A stretch of 64,000 nucleotides of DNA, from the NCBI GenBank assembly GCA_965222375.1, contig CBDCTZ010000014.1:1248001-1312000 (forward strand), given 5' to 3'. The position numbers and the translations under genes were made by a program. Positions 56,528 through 64,000 of the stretch are shown piece after piece. The notes beneath the pieces are model-generated. The model was given only the letters and a program-made list of their open reading frames with translations, searched no databases and had not been told where the DNA came from. The DNA comes from Polyangiaceae bacterium (GTDB lineage Bacteria; Myxococcota_A; Polyangia; Polyangiales; Polyangiaceae). Positions within the stretch are counted from its first letter, which is position 1. Every line of letters begins with the position of its first letter.

Positions 56528-56631
56528 GGGCGCCCATGCTCGCGAAGCTGGGTAGGGAGTTCAAGCCACTCTCGGTTTTCAGGCCCGATGGTGCCTTGCG
56601 GCTTCGGCCGCCCGTACCTAGATGAAGCGTC

Positions 56632-57006
56632 ATGCGCGCGTTCATCCCTCTAGCGACCCTGTGCCTGATGACGTCTCTGGGCTGCGACCGGACCAAGCCA
56701 GCGCCTGAGGGCAACCAGCCCACCACGAAGGCTGGAAGCACTGCGCCAGGTGCAACGCAAGGCGTAGTCAAGCCGGGCGAGAAAGCCGTGGTGGGGCAGC
56801 CGGCGCCGGACTTCGAGCTAGCCGACCTCGATGGCAAGAAGGTCAAGCTGTCGAGCTTCGCCGGCAAGACCATCGTGCTCGAAGGGCAGTCCCCGTCCGA
56901 CGGCAAGCTCGTCAACTACGCGGTGGCGGCATTGGAGGCCGTCGAAGCAGGTCGTGAGGTTGCCGTGAAGGAGACCAAGGCGTACGGCTGCTCCGTGAAG
57001 TACTGA
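56632..57006 (+). pseudogene. Redoxin/thioredoxin-family lipoprotein with in-frame deletion of its catalytic core
   Basis: Lipobox SLGC; VGQPAPDFEL.DLDGK.VKLS.F.GKTIVLE joined directly to GQSP..KLVNY..AL..AG..V..ETKAYGCSVKY; the W.N..CP..GAID segment is missing. Confidence 0.75.
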
Positions 57007-57125
57007 GCGTGAAAGCGCCCAGCTCGCGCCTCGGGCTGCCGCCGGGCGTGGTATCAGTGCCTCCGCATGCCCATGGGTCGCTGCGCCGCGAAACCTTGGA
57101 ACGGGTTCCCCCTTCACCCGAGGGC

Positions 57126-58790
57126 ATGGTTTTCACCATGACCAAGGTACCGACTCCCCTCGAGCATACCGAAGAGGGGCGCGCCTTCCTGCAGCAGCGT
57201 GTCTCCAAGTACGGGATTTGGGGCTCGGGTTTCGGTTGGCTCTTTCTCGCCCAGCGCTTGATCGGGATAACAGTCGACCAGCGCTGGGACGAGCTCACCG
57301 ATCCCTCGTTCGTGTTTCACTTCTTGGGCGCGGCAACGCTTCTGGCCCTCGGACTGGCGTGTATGCGCGGAACGCCGAGCGTGGGGTTCATTCGCGGCGC
57401 GGAAGTGCTCGGAATGCTCGCGAGCTCGACGTTCTATGCGTTGATGGGCCTGTGGATGTGGCCGTTTTCGAGTCCCCACTACATCATCCTGCTCGCGTTG
57501 GCGTTTGGCCTGATCGTGCGGGCCATTTATGTGCCGAGTAGCTTTCGCTGGTCGCTCTTGGTGACCGCCTTGCCCGGGATCCCGCTATTGGTAGTGACGT
57601 ATCTGCTCTACGCCAAGACGGACTTTTCGCCTCTCGTGGAGAGCGCCGCCGCGTTCTATGGGCGCGAGACCCCAGAACAAGTGCGTGAGAACCTGGTGTC
57701 GAGTGACATAGCGGCAGGCATCACCGTTTTCACCGGCACGTGGTGGCTGTGTGTGCTCGCGATTTGCGGTTCTGCATCGCGAGTCATCTACGGACTGCGC
57801 ACGAAGGTGCGCGAGGTCACGCGCCTCGGTCAGTACACTCTTCTCGAAAAGCTCGGAGAAGGTGGTATGGGCGCCGTGTACCGAGCTCGCCACGCCATGC
57901 TTCGGCGTCCGACGGCATTGAAACTGCTGAAGACCGAGCGCGCGGGAGCAGAAGCCATCGCTCGCTTCGAGAAGGAAGTCCAGCTGACAGCTGCGCTGAC
58001 TCACCCCAATACGGTGACCATTTTCGACTACGGCAGAACCCCAGAGGGCGTGTTCTACTACGTCATGGAGCTTCTCGATGGCGCGACGGTCACGGACATC
58101 GTCGAAGCCACCGGCGCCCAACCTCCGGCGCGAGTGGTGCACATACTGCGGGACGCCGCGAGCGCACTGGCTGAGGCACACGGAGTGAATCTGATCCACC
58201 GCGACATCAAGCCGTCCAACATCATGCTCGTGGAGCAAGGTGGTAAGCCCGACGTTGGCAAGGTCTTGGATTTTGGGTTGGTCAAAGAGCTCGAGGGCGC
58301 AGAAGATGTCGCACTGACGCAAGCCAACTCCATCACCGGTACGCCGCAGTATCTGTCGCCGGAGGGGATCGTAGCTCCAGACACCGTCGATGCGCGCAGC
58401 GACATTTACGCGCTTGGTGCGGTTGGCTACTACCTGCTGACCGGAAGCCATCTCTTCGACGGCAACACGGTTGTCGAGGTGTGCGGCGCTCACCTGCACA
58501 AAACCCCGGAGCCGCTCTCGGAGCGTCTCGGTGGTGAGGTGCCCCCAGATCTCGAAGCTTTGATCTTGAAGTGTCTGTCAAAAATGCCCGAGGAGCGCCC
58601 GCAGAGCGCCGAAGAGCTCGAGCGAGCGCTCGACGCCTGTGAGGTTGACGGCGAGTGGACCGTGGAGCAGGCCCGGAACTGGTGGCAGCGCCATCGCGAA
58701 GCGCTCGACGAGGCGCGCGAACGACACTACGTGACTGGGAGCTCACAGACCGTCGCTGTGGACTTCGGCTCCCGCAAGGGCGCCGCCTGA
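57126..58790 (+). CDS. Ser/Thr kinase with N-terminal multi-TM sensor region
   Basis: About 6 TM helices, then LGEGGMG, TALK, HRDIKPSN, DFGLVK, GTPQYLSPE. Confidence 0.93.
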   Translation: MVFTMTKVPTPLEHTEEGRAFLQQRVSKYGIWGSGFGWLFLAQRLIGITVDQRWDELTDPSFVFHFLGAATLLALGLACMRGTPSVGFIRGAEVLGMLASSTFYALMGLWMWPFSSPHYIILLALAFGLIVRAIYVPSSFRWSLLVTALPGIPLLVVTYLLYAKTDFSPLVESAAAFYGRETPEQVRENLVSSDIAAGITVFTGTWWLCVLAICGSASRVIYGLRTKVREVTRLGQYTLLEKLGEGGMGAVYRARHAMLRRPTALKLLKTERAGAEAIARFEKEVQLTAALTHPNTVTIFDYGRTPEGVFYYVMELLDGATVTDIVEATGAQPPARVVHILRDAASALAEAHGVNLIHRDIKPSNIMLVEQGGKPDVGKVLDFGLVKELEGAEDVALTQANSITGTPQYLSPEGIVAPDTVDARSDIYALGAVGYYLLTGSHLFDGNTVVEVCGAHLHKTPEPLSERLGGEVPPDLEALILKCLSKMPEERPQSAEELERALDACEVDGEWTVEQARNWWQRHREALDEARERHYVTGSSQTVAVDFGSRKGAA

Positions 58791-59145
58791 GCGCGTTGCT
58801 GGTGGGTTCGCAGCTGCCGCTCAGAACGCCTCACCGCTAGAAGCCCGCGCTCCTGGAAATCCTCGGCCTTATCGTCGGGAAGTGTCGTTGCCCACTGGGT
58901 AGAACACCCGCGGAAAGAAAGAGGCACTGACCTCTCCGCTCGCGTGCCAGTCTTCCGCATCCCCGTAGACCGCCGGAGACACGGACACGAAGAACGGGTT
59001 CTTGAACCCGGCATTTTCGACGACATGAACGCGCGCTAACTAGCCGAGATCTGGTCTTCGCGCCCATACTCTTCGGGGAATTGCCGGAGTAACAAGCGGT
59101 AGATGTGGACGTGAACGTTGTCCGCGGTTAGCGTCCGGCGCCTGA

Positions 59146-60156
59146 ATGCCACGAGTCCGAGCGACCGGCGCCGCGCGCCTCCTGAACGATCCGCGTGACT
59201 TGCCGTTCGTGAGCTTGATGCTGCAATGCCTGGCCATCGCAGTCGCGGGAGTGGCGCTGTTTTTCGTCGAGCACTACTTCTGGCTTCTGGCCGCGATCTA
59301 CCTCACGGTGTGGGCCGCGTGGGTGTTGGATCGTTTCATCTTGATGTTGCACTGCACATCGCACCGCCCGCTATTCCGGGCCAATGTGCGGTGGCTGAAT
59401 CTTGTGATCCCTTGGGTGATCGGGCCTTTCTTCGGCCAAACCCCAGAGAGCTACTTTGCCCACCACATGGGCATGCACCATCGCGAGGGCAATCTACCCG
59501 TCGACACCAGCTCTACACTGCTTCACCAACGAGATCGCTTTCGCGACTGGCTGTCCTACGTGGGACGTTTTCTGTTTTTCGCCCTCTTCGATCTCGGGCG
59601 TTACCACGCGCAGCGTCGCAATTCGAAGCTGCTTCGACGGCTTCTGGTGGGCGAGCTCAGTTTCCTGGCCGTCACGTGTGGCCTGTTGGTGCTCAATTGG
59701 CGGGCTACCCTGGTCGTATTGGTGCTCCCTGTGCTTGCGGTCCGGATCTTGATGATGATCGGCAATTGGGGTCAGCACGCGTTCGTGTGCCAGGAGCAGC
59801 CGGACAATCCGTATCGGAATAGCATCACCTGCATCAATACTCGATACAATCGGCGCTGTTTCAACGACGGCTACCATATTCACCATCACGTGTACTCACG
59901 CTGCCATTGGAGCGAGCTTCCGGCGGAGTTCGAGGACAACAAAGCCGAGTACGGCAGACAAGACGCCATCATCTTCGACGGCATCGACTTTTTTCAGGTC
60001 TGGATGCTCCTGATGTTCGGCCGCTGGAAACGCTTGGCCGAGGCCTTTGTACAGTTGCCCGGGGCACCACAGCGTTCCGAAGCCGAAGTCATCGAATTCT
60101 TGAAGTCACGAGTCGTCCGGTTTCCGGTCTCTCGACTCAAAGAGCTGACTGCCTAG
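59146..60156 (+). CDS. Membrane fatty acid desaturase family protein
   Basis: His boxes HCTSH, HHMGMHH, HIHHH; GNWGQH; FNDGYH. Confidence 0.9.
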   Translation: MPRVRATGAARLLNDPRDLPFVSLMLQCLAIAVAGVALFFVEHYFWLLAAIYLTVWAAWVLDRFILMLHCTSHRPLFRANVRWLNLVIPWVIGPFFGQTPESYFAHHMGMHHREGNLPVDTSSTLLHQRDRFRDWLSYVGRFLFFALFDLGRYHAQRRNSKLLRRLLVGELSFLAVTCGLLVLNWRATLVVLVLPVLAVRILMMIGNWGQHAFVCQEQPDNPYRNSITCINTRYNRRCFNDGYHIHHHVYSRCHWSELPAEFEDNKAEYGRQDAIIFDGIDFFQVWMLLMFGRWKRLAEAFVQLPGAPQRSEAEVIEFLKSRVVRFPVSRLKELTA

Positions 60157-60186
60157 TCCGCGCGGGAGCTGCCCCGCTGGGACCTG

Positions 60187-60343
60187 CCGGCTCGAGATCG
60201 ACGGCTTTTGGGGTCGAGCCCTGGGGCGGCCCGGGGGGCGCTAATCCCGCGTTGCCCCATGCGGCGCGCCTGCTCGCGCCACAGCGAGATTAGGGCACCC
60301 ATTCGGTCCAGGGATGCGACCCCCAAAACCCTCGAACGTCCGG
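60187..60343. other. Long imperfect inverted repeat (about 155-nt rod)
   Basis: TTTTGGGGTCG/CGACCCCCAAAA, CCCTGG/CCAGGG, CTAATC/GATTAG, apical GGCGCG/CGCGCC, basal TCGAG/CTCGA. Confidence 0.7.
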
Positions 60344-60620
60344 AGCGTTGCCAACAAGTGGGTGCAAGGAACTCGGTGGCGGCGGGCCGCCCGGCCACTG
60401 CGTCTTCAGGGGCTCCGGCACTTCGAACGACTTTGCCCTTGACCGCAGCGGCGAGCGGGTCGCAGGCGAGCCGGTGATCGTCCCTGCACGACGGCGAGCG
60501 AGCCACGAGGGGCGCGCGCCAGTGTGGTGAGTGCACATACATCCAGGCCAGCTTTCAAAAGGGCGCGCACGCCGCGAAATTCGTTGAACTTGCCCGGGGA
60601 AGCTGACAGCTTCCGCAGCC

Positions 60621-62240
60621 GTGCTCCGGCTCGACTCTGTCTCCAAGCAACACGGCAAGCAGATTCTGTTCATGGAGGCTTCCATGAGCGCAAACGCCGG
60701 CGAGAAGGTTGGGCTCGTGGGTCCGAACGGCGCGGGCAAGTCGACCATCTTCCGTATGGTCGTCAAAGAAGAAGAGCCCGATGGCGGACAGGTGGTGCTC
60801 GACCGCGGCGTGTCCGTCGGCTACTTCAGCCAAGACGTCGGCGAGATGTCTGGGCGCAGCGTGGTCGAAGAAACCATGGCCGGGGCCGGCGAAGTCAGCG
60901 CGGTCAAAGAAGAGCTGAAAGAACTCGAACAAGGCATGGCGGATCCCGACCGCGCTGACGAGCTGGAGGCGCTGATCGAGCGTTTTGGCACGGTGCAGGC
61001 CCGCTTTGACGAACTCGACGGCTACGCACTGGAGGCGCGGGCGCGCGAGATCCTGGCCGGACTTGGCTTCCGCGCTGCCGCTGTGGATGACGACGTCGGC
61101 AAGCTCAGCGGCGGCTGGAAGATGCGCGTTGCCCTGGCGCGTATCTTGTTGATGCGCCCAGATCTGCTCTTGCTCGACGAGCCGACCAACCATCTAGACA
61201 TCGAGAGCATCATTTGGCTCGAGGGATTTCTCCGGGACTTCGAGGGTGGCTTGGTCATCACCTCTCATGATCGAGAATTGCTCAACCGCCTGGTGACCAA
61301 GATAGTCGAGCTCGACGCTGGCGATCTGCGGACCTACTCGGGCAACTACGACTTCTACGAGCAGCAGCGAGACATTGCTGCCGCGCAAGCGGACGCACAG
61401 TACGCGAGGCACCAGGCAATGCTGGCCAAGGAAAAGGCGTTCATTGCCCGCTTCAAGGCTCGAGCCAGCCATGCAGCGCAAGTGCAGTCGCGGGTCAAGA
61501 AGTTGGAGAAGCTCGATGTCGTGCAGCCGCCCAAGAAGCGACGCGTGATCGAGTTCGAGTTTCGGCAGCCGCCGCGCTCCGGAGAAGACGTGTGCAAGAT
61601 CGAGGGCGTGCACAAGGCCTATGGCGACCACGCGGTCTATAGCGGCCTCGATTTCTTGATCCGTCGTCGCGAGCGTTGGTGCGTAATGGGCGTGAATGGC
61701 GCGGGTAAGTCCACTTTGCTGAAGCTCGTTGCTGGCGCCTCCGAACCGGACGCGGGCAGTGTCACCATCGGCGCCAGCGTCAAAATGGGCTACTTCGCGC
61801 AACACGCCATGGAGCTCCTGGACGAAAAGGAGACGGTGATCGGGCATTTGGAACGACATTTCGCCCACGCGAACATAGGTACGTTGCGCACGCTGGCTGG
61901 CGCTTTCGGCTTTTCCGGCGACGACGTCGACAAGAGTTGCCGTGTGCTTTCGGGTGGGGAAAAGGCCCGGTTGGTGCTGGCGACGATGCTCTTCGATCCG
62001 CCGAATCTTCTGGTGCTCGACGAACCGACGAACCATTTGGACATGGACACCAAGGACATTTTGGTCAAAGCGCTGTGGAACTTCGAGGGCACCATGCTGT
62101 TCGTTTCCCACGACCGAAAGTTCTTGGGGGCACTGAGCAATCGGGTGCTGGAGCTCTCGGAAGACGGCGTACGCACCTACGGCGGTGGCTACACCGAGTA
62201 CGTGGAGGAGAGCGGCCACGAGGCGCCGGGCGTGGGCTGA
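60621..62240 (+). CDS. ABC-F family ATP-binding protein
   Basis: Two ABC domains (GPNGAGKS, LSGGW, LLLDEPTNHLD; GVNGAGKS, LSGGE, VLDEPTNHLD), no TM, linker AQVQSRVKKLEK. Confidence 0.96.
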   Translation: MLRLDSVSKQHGKQILFMEASMSANAGEKVGLVGPNGAGKSTIFRMVVKEEEPDGGQVVLDRGVSVGYFSQDVGEMSGRSVVEETMAGAGEVSAVKEELKELEQGMADPDRADELEALIERFGTVQARFDELDGYALEARAREILAGLGFRAAAVDDDVGKLSGGWKMRVALARILLMRPDLLLLDEPTNHLDIESIIWLEGFLRDFEGGLVITSHDRELLNRLVTKIVELDAGDLRTYSGNYDFYEQQRDIAAAQADAQYARHQAMLAKEKAFIARFKARASHAAQVQSRVKKLEKLDVVQPPKKRRVIEFEFRQPPRSGEDVCKIEGVHKAYGDHAVYSGLDFLIRRRERWCVMGVNGAGKSTLLKLVAGASEPDAGSVTIGASVKMGYFAQHAMELLDEKETVIGHLERHFAHANIGTLRTLAGAFGFSGDDVDKSCRVLSGGEKARLVLATMLFDPPNLLVLDEPTNHLDMDTKDILVKALWNFEGTMLFVSHDRKFLGALSNRVLELSEDGVRTYGGGYTEYVEESGHEAPGVG

Positions 62241-62313
62241 CGCGTCAATGCGCGCACAGCGCATGGATACTCTCGCGCGTGAGTACGGACACGGCGCGTG
62301 GTACAGGAAGCCG

Positions 62314-62874
62314 ATGAGCGGCGCTGATGGGGGAACCGAAAAACCTGTGACGGTGATCGTTCGTCACGAAGTCGACGCTGGCAGAGACTCCGAGTTTCGG
62401 AACTGGATGCACGGCATAACCGACGCTTGTTCGAGCTTCGAAGGCTATTTGGGAACAGAAGTGGTCCGCCCCACTGGCGGTGCCGGTGGGCAGCGCGTCT
62501 GTATTTTTCGGTTTGATACCTATCCGCGTCTCGAACGCTGGATGCAGTCGAACGTTCGCAAGAGCTGGCTGGCTCGCACCGGCGAATTTAGTTCGACGCC
62601 GGCCGACCTGAGCCACTACGAAGGCCTGGACTTCTGGTTCGAGCCCAAGCGCGGAGGTGGCGGCCCGCCCTCAAAGCACAAGATGGCGTTGGTGACATTT
62701 ATCGTGATCTGGCCGCTGGTGCATTTCATACCTGCGGCGGTCGGGCGCGCCATACCCGACCCGCAGCTCGCTCAGGAAGGGATCTCGGTTCTCGCAATCG
62801 TGTTGTTGATGACCTACGCCGTGATGCCGCTGACCACGCGTGCACTGGCCCCCTGGCTTGCACCTCGGCCCTGA
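62314..62874 (+). CDS. ABM-like domain membrane protein (COG3224-like)
   Basis: PVTVIVRHEV, FEGYLG, FRFD..LERW..S..R..W, GLDFWF, PPSKHKMA, LMTYAVMP. Confidence 0.88.
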   Translation: MSGADGGTEKPVTVIVRHEVDAGRDSEFRNWMHGITDACSSFEGYLGTEVVRPTGGAGGQRVCIFRFDTYPRLERWMQSNVRKSWLARTGEFSSTPADLSHYEGLDFWFEPKRGGGGPPSKHKMALVTFIVIWPLVHFIPAAVGRAIPDPQLAQEGISVLAIVLLMTYAVMPLTTRALAPWLAPRP

Positions 62875-62965
62875 GGCGCGCAGGTCAAACTGGGGGCACC
62901 GCTCGGACCTGGGGCGCGGCGCGGCGGCCCCGAAACACCTCGAATGGGTCAGCGCGACCGAGGGA

Positions 62966-62974
62966 TGCTATCTT
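62966..62974 (+). promoter_or_regulatory. Extended -10 (TG-C-TATCTT) 7 nt before ATG 62982; likely leaderless transcript
   Basis: tgcTATCTTcgccatcATG, no SD. Confidence 0.55.
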
Positions 62975-62981
62975 CGCCATC

Positions 62982-63908
62982 ATGTGGAAGTTCACGGCGC
63001 CTCTCTTGCTGGTCTCGCTACTTGCTGGCTGTAGTTCGGATTCGGATCCGAGTGCGAATCCGGGCTCGGGTGGTAGCGCCGGTAGCGATTCGGGCGTGGG
63101 GACCGATGCAGGCGACGCAGGGGGCTGCGTCTGCGCGGCGGATTCGGTGATCAACTCAGGGCATCGCGGTACGGGTTCGAATACGAGTTTCAATCCTTTC
63201 CCAGAAAATACGATCGAGTCGCTCAAGCAGGCGTTCAGCGAGGGCGCCGAGATGTCGGAGTTTGACGTGGTGCATTCGAAGGATGGCGTGCTGGTGGCGA
63301 TCCACGACGACACGGTCAATCGGACCACGGACGGTGCCGGCTGTGTCGGCGACTTGACAGTTGCCGAGCTGCAAGCCTTGGACGCAGCCAAGGGCACCAG
63401 CCTCGAAGGTACCGGCGTGAAGATCCCGACCCTCGCGGAAGTGTTGGCAGCGGTGGATGGCGGTTTGAACATCGAGCTCAAGCTGCAGGATGACAAGAAC
63501 TGTCCGGCCTCGGACATTCCCAAGATGGCCGCGGATGTCGTCGCAGCGATTCAGGGGGATACCAAGTCACGCACGGTGGTGGTCAGCTCTTTCAACGCCG
63601 ACGTTCTGTCGGAGGTGAAGAAGATCGACAAGACAGTGCAAGCTGGGCTGCTTTCGATCCGCGCGGATGATTTTGACAAAGCCACCGCGCGAGGGCTGGA
63701 TGCGCTCAACTTCCACTCCATTGGTGCCAACGAGCAAGCCGTTGCGGCGATTCACGCGGCCGGAATCAAAGCCAACGTCTGGACCGTCAATGACGAGACC
63801 ATGATGAGCAATATGATCGACTATGGCATCGACATGATCATCACGGACGAACCCGATCTCTTGGCCAAGGTGAAGAAGGAGCACTGCGCCAAGCAGTGCC
63901 CGCCTTGA
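62982..63908 (+). CDS. Glycerophosphodiester phosphodiesterase lipoprotein
   Basis: Lipobox LAGC; GHRG, PENT, EFDV, HDDTVNRTT, IPTLAEVL, NIELK, WTVND, IITDEP. Confidence 0.95.
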   Translation: MWKFTAPLLLVSLLAGCSSDSDPSANPGSGGSAGSDSGVGTDAGDAGGCVCAADSVINSGHRGTGSNTSFNPFPENTIESLKQAFSEGAEMSEFDVVHSKDGVLVAIHDDTVNRTTDGAGCVGDLTVAELQALDAAKGTSLEGTGVKIPTLAEVLAAVDGGLNIELKLQDDKNCPASDIPKMAADVVAAIQGDTKSRTVVVSSFNADVLSEVKKIDKTVQAGLLSIRADDFDKATARGLDALNFHSIGANEQAVAAIHAAGIKANVWTVNDETMMSNMIDYGIDMIITDEPDLLAKVKKEHCAKQCPP

Positions 63909-64000
63909 GCGAGCCGTGTGCTCAGCGCGGCGCTGCGTTCCGCGGCTAGTACGAGAAACGGAGCGTCAGGTTTGGTTGAAGCACGGCGTGGGCGCGGCGC

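Noticed and set aside
60348..60530. Leader peptide (uORF) for ABC-F attenuation
   Set aside because: TTG start without SD and no recognisable stalling motif; unsupported.
1..64000. tRNA, rRNA, prophage, integrase, transposase, reverse transcriptase or biosynthetic gene cluster
   Set aside because: No supporting motifs seen by eye; a tRNAscan/Rfam/HMM run would be needed to exclude them formally.

Overview
GC-rich bacterial chromosomal window, most likely from Myxococcota (Polyangia-like). The evidence is five Hanks-type Ser/Thr kinase genes, FHA, DUF4388 and MYXO-CTERM proteins, and many Gly/Ser-linker, Cys-rich lipoproteins. About 55 plausible CDS cover signalling (kinases, two His kinases, ECF sigma factors), envelope and surface lipoproteins, redox/Fe-S functions (MsrB, a Grx4-rhodanese fusion, GST), transporters and an ABC-F ATPase. 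I found no rRNA, tRNA, CRISPR array, integrase or transposase. The best candidate for an undescribed system is a three-gene operon at 47486-50274: a small ORF, a truncated MscS-like membrane protein, and a degenerate ECF-sigma domain fused to an intact, membrane-anchored Ser/Thr kinase. Other notable features are several genes with apparent internal deletions, three highly structured or repetitive intergenic elements (14560-14900, 28117-28256, 60187-60343), a GltJ/AgmX-like operon, and likely leaderless genes. All family assignments come from motif recognition by eye and were not checked against databases. Start codons were often moved downstream of the ORF-track starts.
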